The notes under the pieces were generated by a model. It saw nothing but the letters and a program-made list of their open reading frames with translations. It made no database searches and was not told the origin of the DNA. Shown here one piece after another: positions 20,711 to 34,500 of a stretch of 64,000 nucleotides of DNA. Within the stretch, counting starts at the first letter, position 1. Each line of letters begins with the position of its first letter. The stretch lies in assembly GCA_964016885.1 (NCBI GenBank), contig OZ024742.1:70866001-70930000 (forward strand), read 5' to 3'. The translations under genes were made by a program, and so were the position numbers. The DNA is from Eledone cirrhosa. Its lineage: Eukaryota.

Positions 20711-21106
20711 GGACAGGGGTTTAGTGGAATTATTACAAAGTCAGATGGAATGTTTTGTGGTATGTCAACCAGCTCTATGTAGTTTGCTTTCAAATCCCAC
20801 CTCCTTCTACCAGGAGTTGTGACCACCAGATAATATCAGCAATAGAATGATCAATGGAAATTTATTTCTGTGGTCTGATCTGTGATCAATTCTTTTTCAA
20901 TTTTTTATACATATGTAAAATTATATCAAGACATCTTTAAAGAAATATTCTGTGAAAGAAGACCTAGGGAAACTTGGAATAAAGTGGTGAAGGCCAACCT
21001 CAAGAAGTTAAGGAATGGTTAACATGTGGTGCTAGAGAAAACCTGCTCTCATATGCAAGCAAGACAAAATGGATATTGAAAGGCTGGTGGTGTGGAAACT
21101 GATATA

Positions 21107-22373
21107 TACGAGGGTTGGTTGAAAAGTTTGAGGCTGACCAAGATTCTCTCATAAAATGTGACCAAATGAGGTTTATTTTTCAATACGGACTCCGTTGCAG
21201 TCCACACACTTTTTCCATTGGTGTTGAATCTATTGCTGAAGCAGCTTTCATTTTTTTGGAGTAAAAAAAAGTAATCAACAGTAGATATGATGTTGTCATC
21301 ACTGCAATACCGGTTCCCAGCCAAATGTTTTTTCATGTTGGGAAACAGATGATAAACAGATGGGGCCACATCAGGAGAATAGGGCAGGTGATCAACCAGT
21401 TCAAAGCTAATCATGCACAACATTCATTGAAACCAAAGACTTGTGTGCTGGAGCATTGTCCAGATGAAACAAGACTATTTTCATCAGTTTTCCCTTGCAT
21501 TTGGTCTTGAGAGTCTTTTGTAACTGCCTCAGCAAGTTGGCATAGTGCTCTCCATTGATGGTGTGGACCTTTTGAAGATAGTCAATAAACACAGTGCCTT
21601 TTGCATCCCCAAAACCTGAGGCCATCACCCTCCCTGCAGATGAAACGACCTTGGTCTTCTTTTGAGCAGGCGAGGATTATCTCTGATATATACGAGGGTT
21701 GGTTGAAAAGTTTGAGGCTGACTTCACTGCTTGGATTATCTTTGTCTCTGGCTCAAAGGGATAAATCCAATGCTCATCTTGGGTTAGGAAACGTTCAAGG
21801 AAACCAGCTAGATCTGCCTCAGTGTCAGATTTTCCTGTGATGTGATCAGCCTGGTGCGCTTTTGATGAGGTGCCAGAAGACGTTTCACACACCAAGCAGA
21901 AACCTCCATCATGCCAAGTTCATTGTGCAGAATATTCCCCACTCTCTCACAGGATATCCTAATAGCATTGGCTATTTGATTTAAAGCCAATCACCTGCCT
22001 TCCATCACCATATGGTGAACATAAACAGTGTTTTCTTTTGTGATGGCAGTTGCAGGACGTTCAGACTTTGGGTCATCTTCAAGACTCTCTCTTCCCCTCC
22101 TAAATTCAGCTGCCCACGTTTGCACTGTTGATAAAGCTGGGCTAAACCCTTTTTCTGCAGATACTTGATAACACCATGATGCCAAATTATGTCCATTTTC
22201 AAGAGAAGTCATTACTAGTTACTTTTGAAATCTTCTTTGAACAGTCAGGTGTCAGTTTACCTGTAAAGAAACAATGCAGTTATTAATAAGAGTTGAAATT
22301 AATGCATATAAGATTTCACAGTTCTAGCATCAATCCTTCATAGTCAGCCTTTGAACTTTTCAGCCCACTCTCC
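21107..22373 (-). mobile_element. Mariner-family (Tc1/mariner, DD34D-type) DNA transposon, full length but decayed
   Basis: TIRs TA-CGAGGGTTGGTTGAAAAGTTTGAGGCTGAC (21107-21138) and GTCAGCCTTTGAACTTTTCAGCCCACTCTCC (22343-22373); about 1.27 kb. Confidence 0.92.
21165..22202 (-). pseudogene. Mariner transposase pseudogene with multiple frameshifts
   Basis: Fragments WAAEFRRGRESLEDDP..ERP (HTH region), FLTQDEHWI...PETK, LFHLDNAPAH and PYSPDVAPSVYHLFP are spread over several frames. Confidence 0.9.
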
Positions 22374-22536
22374 TGTCTATATTTGAGGTCTGTCTTATTT
22401 GTTGTCACCCTTACCCCTTCTCCACCTAATGTCGACATCTACTGTCGCCCCTTCCACCTCCCTATCCAATGTCTATATCTGCTGTCCCCCTCGTCACATC
22501 ATTATTTTGTTTTGTTCTCTCAATTACTCTCATGTT

Positions 22537-25500
22537 AGAACCCTACTGTCGATATAACTGAAGATATGTGGGAATGTGAGAACCCTAATATCTACATAAC
22601 TTAAGATAGTCAGGGATGTGCCATAACCCTATTGTTCACATAACTTAAGATAGTCAGGGATGTGCGATAACCCTACTGTTCACATAACTTAAGATAGTCA
22701 GAGATGTGTCATAACCCTACTGTTCACATAACTTAAGATAGCCAGGGATGTGCCATAACCCTACTGTTCACATAACTTAAGATAGTCAGGGATGTGCCAT
22801 AACCCTACTGTTCACATAACTTAAGATAGTCAGGGATGTGTCATAACCCTACTGTTCACATAACTTAAGATAGTCAGGGATGTGCCATAACCCTACTGTT
22901 CACATAACTTAAGATAGTCAGGGATGTGCCATAACCCTACTGTTCACATAACTTAAGATAGTCAGGGATGTGCCATAATCTTACTGTTCACATAATTTAA
23001 GATAGCCAGGGATGTGTCATAACCCTACTGTTCACATAAATTAAGATAGCCAGGGATGTGTCATAACACTACGGTTCACATAACTTAAGATAGTCAGGGA
23101 TGTGCCATAACCCTGCTGTTCACATAATTTAAGATAGTCAGGGATGTGTCATAACCCTACTGTTCACATAAATTTAGCCAGGGACGTGTCATAACCCTAC
23201 TGTTCACATAACTTAAGATAGCCAGGGATGTGTCATAACCCTACTGTTCACATAACTTAAGATAGCCAGGAATGTGTCATAACCCTACTGTTCACATAAC
23301 TTAAGATAGCCAGGGATGTGTCATAACCCTATTGTTCACGTAACTTAAGATAGCCAGGGATGTGTCATAACCCTACTGTTCACATAACTTAAGATAGCCA
23401 GGGATGTGTCATAACGCTACTGTTCACATAACTTAAGATAGCCAGGGATGTGCCATAACCCTACTGTTCACATAACTTAAGATAGTCAGGGATGTCTCAT
23501 AATCCTATTGTTCACATAACTTAAGATAGTCAGGGATGTGCCATAACCCTACTGTTCACATAACTTAAGATAGTCAGGGATGTGTCATAACCCTATTGTT
23601 CACATAACTTAAGATAGTCAGGGATGTGCCATAACCCTACTGTTCACATAACTTAAGATAGTCAGGGATGTGCCATAACCCTATTGTTCACATAACTTAA
23701 GATAGTCAGGGATGTGCGATAACCCTACTGTTCATATAACTTAAGATAGAGATGTGTCATAACACTACTGTTCACATAACTTAAGATAGCCAGGGATGTG
23801 CCATAACCCTACTGTTCACATAACTTAAGATAGTCAGGGATGTGCCATAACCCAACTGTTTACATAACTTAAGATAGTCAGGGATGTGTCATAACCCTAC
23901 TGTTCACATAACTTAAGATAGCCAGGGATGTGTCATAACCCCACTGTTCACATAACTTAAGATTGTCAGGGATGTGTCATAACCCTATTGTTCACATAAA
24001 TTAAGATAGTCAGAGATGTGTCATAACCCTATTGTTCACATAAATTAAGATAGTCAGAGATGTGTCATAACCCTATTGTTCACATAACTTAAGATAGTCA
24101 GGGATGTGCGATAACCCTACTGTTCACATAACTTAAGATAGAGATGTGTCATAACCCTACTGTTCACATAACTTAAGATAGTCGTGGATGTGTCATAACC
24201 CTACTGTTCACATAACTTAAGATAGTCAGGGATGTGCGATAACCCTACTGTTCACATAACTTAAGATAGTCAGGAATGTGCCATAACACTACTGTTAACA
24301 TAACTTAAGATAGTCAGCGATGTGCCATAACCCAACTGTTTACATAACTTAAGATAGTCAGCGATGTGCCATAACCCAACTGTTTACATAACTTAAGATA
24401 GTCAGGGATGTGTCATAACCCTATTGTTCACGTAACTTAAGATAGTCAGGGATGTGCCATAACCCTACTGTTCACATAACTTAAGATAGAGATGAGTCAT
24501 AAGCCTACTGTTCACATAACTTAAGATGGCCAGGGATGTGCCATGACCCTACTGTTCACATAACTTAAGATAGTCATGGATGTGTAATAACCCTACTGTT
24601 CACATAACTTAAGATAGCCAGGGATGTGCCATAACCCTACTGTTCACATAACTTAAGATAGTCAGAGATGTGTCATACCCCTACTTTTCACATAACTTAA
24701 GATAGTCAGCGATGTGTCATAACCCTACTGTTCACATAACTTAAGATAGCCAGGGATGTGTCATAACACTACTGTTCATTTAACTAAAGATAGTCAGCGA
24801 TGTGCCATAATGCTACAGTTCACATAACTTAAGATAGTTAGAGGTGTGTCATAACCCTACTTTTCACATAACTTAAGATAGCCAGGGATGTGTCATAACC
24901 CTATTGTTCACATAACTTAAGATAGTTTGGGATGTGCCATAACCCTACTGTTCACATAACTTAAGATAGTCAGGGATGTGCAATAACCCTATTGTTCACA
25001 TAACTTAAGATAGTCATAGATGTGTCATAACCCTACTGTTCACATAACTGAAGATAGTCAGGAATGTGCCATAACACTACTGTTAACATAACTTAAGATA
25101 GTCAGGGATGTGCCATAACCCAACTGTTTACATAACTTAAGATAGTCAGGGATGTGTCATAACCCTACTGTTCACATAACTTAAGATAGCCAGGGATGTG
25201 TCATAACCCAAATGTGCACATAAATTAAGATTGTCAGGGATGTGTCATAACCCTATTGTTCACATAACTTAAGATAGCCAGGGATGTGTCATAACCCAAA
25301 TGTGCACATAAATTAAGATTGTCAGGGATGTGCCATAAGCCTATTGTTCATATAACTTAAGATAGCCAGAGATGTGCCATAACCCTATTGTTCACATAAC
25401 TTAAGATAGTTAGAGATATGTCATAACCCTACTGTTCACTTAAATTAAGATAGTCAAGGATTTGCCATAACCCTACTGTTCACATAACTTAAGATAGTCA

Positions 25501-28500
25501 GGGATGTACCATAACCCTACTGTTCACATAACTTAAGATAGACAGGGATGTGTCATAACCCTACTGTTCACATAACTTAAGATAGCCAGGGATGTGTCAT
25601 AACCCTACTGTTCACATAACTTAAGATAGCCAGGGATGTGTCATAACGCTACTGTTCACACAACTTAAGATAGCCAGGGATGTGTCATAACCCTACTGTT
25701 CACATAACTTAAGATAGCCAGGGATGTGCAATTACCCTATTGTTCACATAACTTAAGATAGTCATAGATGTGCGATAACCCTACTGTTCACATAACTTAA
25801 GATAGAGATGAGTCATAACCCTACTGTTCACATAACTTAAGATAGAGATGAGTCATAACCCTACTGTTCACATAACTTAAGATAGCCAGGGATGTGCCAT
25901 GACCCTACTGTTCACATAAGTTAAGATGGTCAGGGATGTGTCATAACCCTACTGTTCACATAACTTAAGATAGTCAGGGATGTGCCATAACCCTACTGTT
26001 CACATAACTTAAGATAGAGATGAGTCATAACCCTACTGTTCACATAACTTAAGATAGCCAGGGATGTGCCATGACCCTACTGTTCACATAACTTAAGATA
26101 GTCAGAGATGTGGCATACCCCTACTTTTCACATAACTTAAGATAGTCAGGGAAGTGCCATAACCCTACTGTTCACATAACTTAAGATAGAGATGAGTCAT
26201 AACCCTACTGTTCACATAACTTAAGATAGCCAGGGATGTGCCATGACCCTACTGTTCACATAACATAAGATAGTCATGGATGTGTAATAACCCTACTGTT
26301 CACATAACTTAAGATAGTGAGGGATGTGCCATAACCCTACTGTTCACATAACTTAAGATAGCCAGGGATGTGCGATAACCCTACTGTTCACATAACTTAA
26401 GATAGCCAGGGATGTGCCATAACCCTACTGTTCACATAACTTAAGATAGTCAGAGATGTGTCATACCCCTACTTTTCACATAACTTAAGATAGTCAGCGA
26501 TGTGTCATAACCCTACTGTTCACATAACTTAAGATTGTCAGGGATGTGTCATAACTTAAGATAGTCAGGGATGTGCCATAACCTTACTGTTCACATAACT
26601 TAAGATAGTCAGCGATCTGTAATAACCCTACTTTTCACATAACTTAAGATAGCCAGGGATGTGTCATAACCCTATTGTTCACATAACTTAAGATAGTTTG
26701 GGATGTGCCATAACCCTACTGTTCACATAACTTAAGATAGTCAGGGATGTACCATAACCCTACTGTTCACATAACTTAAGATAGACAGGGATGTGTCATA
26801 ACCCTACTGTTCACATAACTTAAGATAGCCAGGGATGTGTCATAACCCTACTGTTCACATAACTTAAGATAGCCAGGGATGTGTCATAACGCTACTGTTC
26901 ACATAACTTGAGATAGACAGGGATGTGTCATAACGCTACTGTTCACATAACTTAAGATAGCCAGGGATGTGCCATAACCCTACTGTTCACATAACTTAAG
27001 ATAGTCAGGGATGTGTCATAATCCTATTGTTCACATAACTTAAGATAGCCAGGGATGTGCCATAACCCTACTGTTCACATAACTTAAGATAGCCAGGGAT
27101 GTGCCACAACCCTACTGTTCACATAACTTAAGATAGTCAGGGATGTGCCATAACCCTACTGTTCACATAACTTAAGATAGTCTGGGATGTGCCATAACCC
27201 TACTGTTCACATAACTTAAGATAGACAGTGATGTGTCATAACCCTATTGTTCACGTAACTTAAGATAGTCAGGGATGTGCCATAACCCTACTGTTCACAT
27301 AACTTAAGATAGAGATGAGTCATAACCCTACTGTTCACATAACTTAAGATAGTTAGAGATATGTCATAACCCTACTGTTCACATAAATTAAGATAGTCAA
27401 GGATTTGCCATAACGCTACTGTTCACATAACTTAAGATAGTCAGGGATGTGCCATAACCTTACTGTTCACATAACTTAAGATAGTCAGCGATGTGTCATA
27501 ACCCTACTGTTCACATAACTTAAGATAGTCAGAGATGTGCCATAATGCTACTGTTCACATAACTTAACATAGTTAGAGATATGTCATAACCCTACTGTTC
27601 ACATAAATTAAGATAGTCAAGGATTTGCCATAACCCTACTGTTCACATAACTTAAGATAGCCAGGGATGTGTCATAACCCTACTGTTCACTTAACTTAAG
27701 ATAGTCAGCGATGTGCCATAATGCTACAGTTCACATAACTTAAGATAGTTAGAGATGTGTCATAACCCTACTTTTCACATAACTTAAGATAGCCAGGGAT
27801 GTGTCATAACCCTATTGTTCACATAACTTAAGATAGTTTGTGATGTGCCATAACCCTACTGTTCACATAACTTAAGATAGTCAGGGATGTACCATAACCC
27901 TACTGTTCACATAACTTAAGATAGACAGGGATGTGTCATAACCCTACTGTTCACATAACTTAAGATAGTCAGGGATGTACCATAACCCTACTGTTCACAT
28001 AACTTAAGATAGTGAGAGATGTGCCATAACCCTACTGTTCACATAACTTAAGATATCAGGGATGTGACATAACCCTACTGTTCACATAACTTAAGATAGT
28101 CAGGGATGTGCCATAACTCTACTGTTCACATAACTTAAGATAGCCAGGGATGTATCATAACGCTACTGTTCACACAACTTAAGATAGCCAGGGATGTGTC
28201 ATAACCCTACTGTTCACATAACTTAAGATAGCCAGGGATGTGCAATTACCCTATTGTTCACATAAATTAAGATAGTCATAGATGTGCGATAACCCTTCTG
28301 TTCACATAACTTAAGATAGTCAGGAATGTGCCATAACACTACTGTTAACATAACTTAAGATAGTCAGCGATGTGTCATAACCCTACTGTTCACATAACTT
28401 AAGATAGTCAGGGATGTGCCATAACCTTACTGTTCACATAACTTAAGATAGTCAGCGATGTGTCATAACCCTACTGTTCAGATAACTTAAGATAGTCAGG

Positions 28501-31500
28501 GATGTGCCATAATGCTACTGTTCACATAACTTAAGATAGTTAAAGATGTGTCATAACCCTACTGTTCACATAACTTAAGATAGTCAAGGATGTGCCATAA
28601 CCGTACTGTTCACATAACTTAAGATAGCCAGGGATGTGTCATAACCCTACTGTTCACATAACTTAAGATAGTCAGGGATGTGCCATAACCTTACTGTTCA
28701 CATAACTTAAGATAGTCAGCGATGTGTCATAACCCTACTGTTTACATAACTTAAGATAGCCAGGGATGTGCCACAACCCTACTGTTCACATAACTTAAGA
28801 TAGTCTGGGATGTGCCATAACCCTACTGTTCACATAACTTAAGATAGTCTGGGATGTGCCATAACTCTACTGTTCACATAACTTAAGATAGACAGGGATG
28901 TGTCATAACCCTATTGTTCACGTAACTTAAGATAGCCAGGGATGTGTCATAACCCTACTGTTCACATAACTTAAGATAGCCAGGGATGTGTCATAACGCT
29001 ACTGTTCACATAACTTAAGATAGCCAGGGATGTGTCATAACGCTACTGTTCACACAACTTAAGATAGCCAGGGATGTGTCATAACCCTACTGTTCACATA
29101 ACTTAAGATAGCCAGGGATGTGCAATTACCCTATTGTTCACATAACTTAAGATAGTCATAGATGTGCGATAACCCTACTGTTCACATAACTTAAGATAGA
29201 GATGAGTCATAACCCTACTGTTCACATAACTTAAGATAGAGATGAGTCATAACCCTACTGTTCACATAACTTAAGATAGCCAGGGATGTGCCATGACCCT
29301 ACTGTTCACATAACTTAAGATAGTCAGGGATGTGCCATAACCCTACTGTTCACATAACTTAAGATAGAGATGAGTCATAACCCTACTGTTCACATAACTT
29401 AAGATAGCCAGGGATGTGCCATGACCCTACTGTTCACATAACTTAAGATAGTCAGAGATGTGGCATACCCCTACTTTTCACATAACTTAAGATAGTCAGG
29501 GATGTGCCATAACCCTACTGTTCACATCACTAAAGATAGTCAGCGATGTGGCATACCCCTACTTTTCACATAACTTAAGATAGTCAGGGATGTGCCATAA
29601 CCCTACTGTTCACATCACTAAAGATAGTCAGCGATGTGGCATACCCCTACTTTTCACATAACTTAAGATAGTCAGGGATGTGCCATAACCCTACTGTTCA
29701 CATAACTTAAGATAGAGATGAGTCATAACCCTACTGTTCACATAACTTAAGATAGAGATGAGTCATAACCCTACTGTTCACATAACTTAAGATAGCCAGG
29801 GATGTGCCATGACCCTACTGTTCACATAAGTTAAGATGGTCAGGGATGTGTCATAACCCTACTGTTCACATAACTTAAGATAGTCAGGGATGTGCCATAA
29901 CCCTACTGTTCACATAACTTAAGATAGAGATGAGTCATAACCATACTGTTCACATAACTTAAGATAGCCAGGGATGTGCCATGACCCTACTGTTCACATA
30001 ACTTAAGATAGTCAGAGATGTGGCATACCCCTACTTTTCACATAACTTAAGATAGTCAGGGAAGTGCCATAACCCTACTGTTCACATAACTTAAGATAGA
30101 GATGAGTCATAACCCTACTGTTCACATAACTTAAGATAACCAGGGATGTGCCATGACCCTACTGTTCACATAACATAAGATAGTCATGGATGTGTAATAA
30201 CCCTACTGTTCACATAACTTAAGATGGTCAGGGATGTGTCATAACCCTACTGTTCACATAACTTAAGATAGTGAGGGATGTGCCATAACCCTACTGTTCA
30301 CATAACTTAAGATAGCCAGGGATGTGCGATAACCCTACTGTTCACATAACTTAAGATAGCCAGGGATGTGCCATAACCCTACTGTTCACATAACTTAAGA
30401 TAGTCAGAGATGTGTCATACCCCTACTTTTCACATAACTTAAGATAGTCAGCGATGTGTCATAACCCTACTGTTCACATAACTTAAGATTGTCAGGGATG
30501 TGTCATAACTTAAGATAGTCAGGGATGTGCCATAACCTTACTGTTCACATAACTTAAGATAGTCAGCGATGTGTCATAACCCTACTTTTCACATAACTTA
30601 AGATAGCCAGGGATGTGTCATAACCCTACTGTTCACATAACTTAAGATAGTCAGGGATGTACCATAACCCTACTGTTCACATAACTTAAGATAGACAGGG
30701 ATGTGTCATAACCCTACTGTTCACATAACTTAAGATAGCCAGGGATGTGTCATAACCCTACTGTTCACATAACTTAAGATAGCCAGGGATGTGTCATAAC
30801 GCTACTGTTCACATAACTTGAGATAGACAGGGATGTGTCATAACGCTACTGTTCACATAACTTAAGATAGCCAGGGATGTGCCATAACCCTACTGTTCAC
30901 ATAACTTAAGATAGTCAGGGATGTGTCATAATCCTATTGTTCACATAACTTAAGATAGCCAGGGATGTGCCATAACCCTACTGTTCACATAACTTAAGAT
31001 AGCCAGGGATGTGCCACAACCCTACTGTTCACATAACTTAAGATAGTCAGGGATGTGCCATAACCCTACTGTTCACATAACTTAAGATAGTCTGGGATGT
31101 GCCATAACCCTACTGTTCACATAACTTAAGATAGACAGTGATGTGTCATAACCCTATTGTTCACGTAACTTAAGATAGTCAGGGATGTGCCATAACCCTA
31201 CTGTTCACATAACTTAAGATAGTTAGAGATATGTCATAACCCTACTGTTCACATAAATTAAGATAGTCAAGGATTTGCCATAACCCTACTGTTCACATAA
31301 CTTAAGATAGTCAGGGATGTGCCATAACCTTACTGTTCACATAACTTAAGATAGTCAGCGATGTGTCATAACCCTACTGTTCACATAACTTAAGATTGTC
31401 AGGGATGTGTCATAACTTAAGATAGTCAGGGATGTGCCATAACCTTACTGTTCACATAACTTAAGATAGTCAGCGATCTGTCATAACCCTACTTTTCACA

Positions 31501-34500
31501 TAACTTAAGATAGCCAGGGATGTGTCATAACCCTATTGTTCACATAACTTAAGATAGTTTGGGATGTGCCATAACCCTACTGTTCACATAACTTAAGATA
31601 GTCAGGGATGTACCATAACCCTACTGTTCACATAACTTAAGATAGACAGGGATGTGTCATAACCCTACTGTTCACATAACTTAAGATAGCCAGGGATGTG
31701 TCATAACCCTACTGTTCACATAACTTAAGATAGCCAGGGATGTGTCATAACGCTACTGTTCACATAACTTGAGATAGACAGGGATGTGTCATAACGCTAC
31801 TGTTCACATAACTTAAGATAGCCAGGGATGTGCCATAACCCTACTGTTCACATAACTTAAGATAGTCAGGGATGTGTCATAATCCTATTGTTCACATAAC
31901 TTAAGATAGCCAGGGATGTGCCATAACCCTACTGTTCACATAACTTAAGATAGCCAGGGATGTGCCACAACCCTACTGTTCACATAACTTAAGATAGTCA
32001 GGGATGTGCCATAACCCTACTGTTCACATAACTTAAGATAGTCTGGGATGTGCCATAACCCTACTGTTCACATAACTTAAGATAGACAGTGATGTGTCAT
32101 AACCCTATTGTTCACGTAACTTAAGATAGTCAGGGATGTGCCATAACCCTACTGTTCACATAACTTAAGATAGAGATGAGTCATAACCCTACTGTTCACA
32201 TAACTTAAGATAGTTAGAGATATGTCATAACCCTACTGTTCACATAAATTAAGATAGTCAAGGATTTGCCATAACCCTACTGTTCACATAACTTAAGATA
32301 GTCAGGGATGTGCCATAACCTTACTGTTCACATAACTTAAGATAGTCAGCGATGTGTCATAACCCTACTGTTCACATAACTTAAGATAGTCAGAGATGTG
32401 CCATAATGCTACTGTTCACATAACTTAACATAGTTAGAGATATGTCATAACCCTACTGTTCACATAAATTAAGATAGTCAAGGATTTGCCATAACCCTAC
32501 TGTTCACATAACTTAAGATAGCCAGGGATGTGTCATAACCCTACTGTTCACTTAACTTAAGATAGTCAGCGATGTGCCATAATGCTACAGTTCACATAAC
32601 TTAAGATAGTTAGAGATGTGTCATAACCCTACTTTTCACATAACTTAAGATAGCCAGGGATGTGTCATAACCCTATTGTTCACATAACTTAAGATAGTTT
32701 GTGATGTGCCATAACCCTACTGTTCACATAACTTAAGATAGTCAGGGATGTACCATAACCCTACTGTTCACATAACTTAAGATAGACAGGGATGTGTCAT
32801 AACCCTACTGTTCACATAACTTAAGATAGTCAGGGATGTACCATAACCCTACTGTTCACATAACTTAAGATAGTGAGAGATGTGCCATAACCCTACTGTT
32901 CACATAACTTAAGATATCAGGGATGTGACATAACCCTACTGTTCACATAACTTAAGATAGTCAGGGATGTGCCATAACTCTACTGTTCACATAACTTAAG
33001 ATAGCCAGGGATGTATCATAACGCTACTGTTCACACAACTTAAGATAGCCAGGGATGTGTCATAACCCTACTGTTCACATAACTTAAGATAGCCAGGGAT
33101 GTGCAATTACCCTATTGTTCACATAAATTAAGATAGTCATAGATGTGCGATAACCCTTCTGTTCACATAACTTAAGATAGTCAGGAATGTGCCATAACAC
33201 TACTGTTAACATAACTTAAGATAGTCAGCGATGTGTCATAACCCTACTGTTCACATAACTTAAGATAGTCAGGGATGTGCCATAACCTTACTGTTCACAT
33301 AACTTAAGATAGTCAGCGATGTGTCATAACCCTACTGTTCACATAACTTAAGATAGTCAGGGATGTGCCATAATGCTACTGTTCACATAACTTAAGATAG
33401 TTAAAGATGTGTCATAACCCTACTGTTCACATAACTTAAGATAGTCAAGGATGTGCCATAACCGTACTGTTCACATAACTTAAGATAGCCAGGGATGTGC
33501 CACAACCCTACTGTTCACATAACTTAAGATAGTCAGGGATGTGCCATAACCTTACTGTTCACATAACTTAAGATAGTCAGCGATGTGTCATAACCCTACT
33601 GTTTACATAACTTAAGATAGCCAGGGATGTGCCACAACCCTACTGTTCACATAACTTAAGATAGTCTGGGATGTGCCATAACCCTACTGTTCACATAACT
33701 TAAGATAGTCTGGGATGTGCCATAACTCTACTGTTCACATAACTTAAGATAGACAGGGATGTGTCATAACCCTATTGTTCACGTAACTTAAGATAGCCAG
33801 GGATGTGTCATAACCCTACTGTTCACATAACTTAAGATAGCCAGGGATGTGTCATAACGCTACTGTTCACATAACTTAAGATAGCCAGGGATGTGTCATA
33901 ACGCTACTGTTCACACAACTTAAGATAGCCAGGGATGTGTCATAACCCTACTGTTCACATAACTTAAGATAGCCAGGGATGTGCAATTACCCTATTGTTC
34001 ACATAACTTAAGATAGTCATAGATGTGCGATAACCCTACTGTTCACATAACTTAAGATAGAGATGAGTCATAACCCTACTGTTCACATAACTTAAGATAG
34101 AGATGAGTCATAACCCTACTGTTCACATAACTTAAGATAGCCAGGGATGTGCCATGACCCTACTGTTCACATAACTTAAGATAGTCAGGGATGTGCCATA
34201 ACCCTACTGTTCACATAACTTAAGATAGAGATGAGTCATAACCCTACTGTTCACATAACTTAAGATAGCCAGGGATGTGCCATGACCCTACTGTTCACAT
34301 AACTTAAGATAGTCAGAGATGTGGCATACCCCTACTTTTCACATAACTTAAGATAGTCAGGGATGTGCCATAACCCTACTGTTCACATCACTAAAGATAG
34401 TCAGCGATGTGGCATACCCCTACTTTTCACATAACTTAAGATAGTCAGGGATGTGCCATAACCCTACTGTTCACATCACTAAAGATAGTCAGCGATGTGG

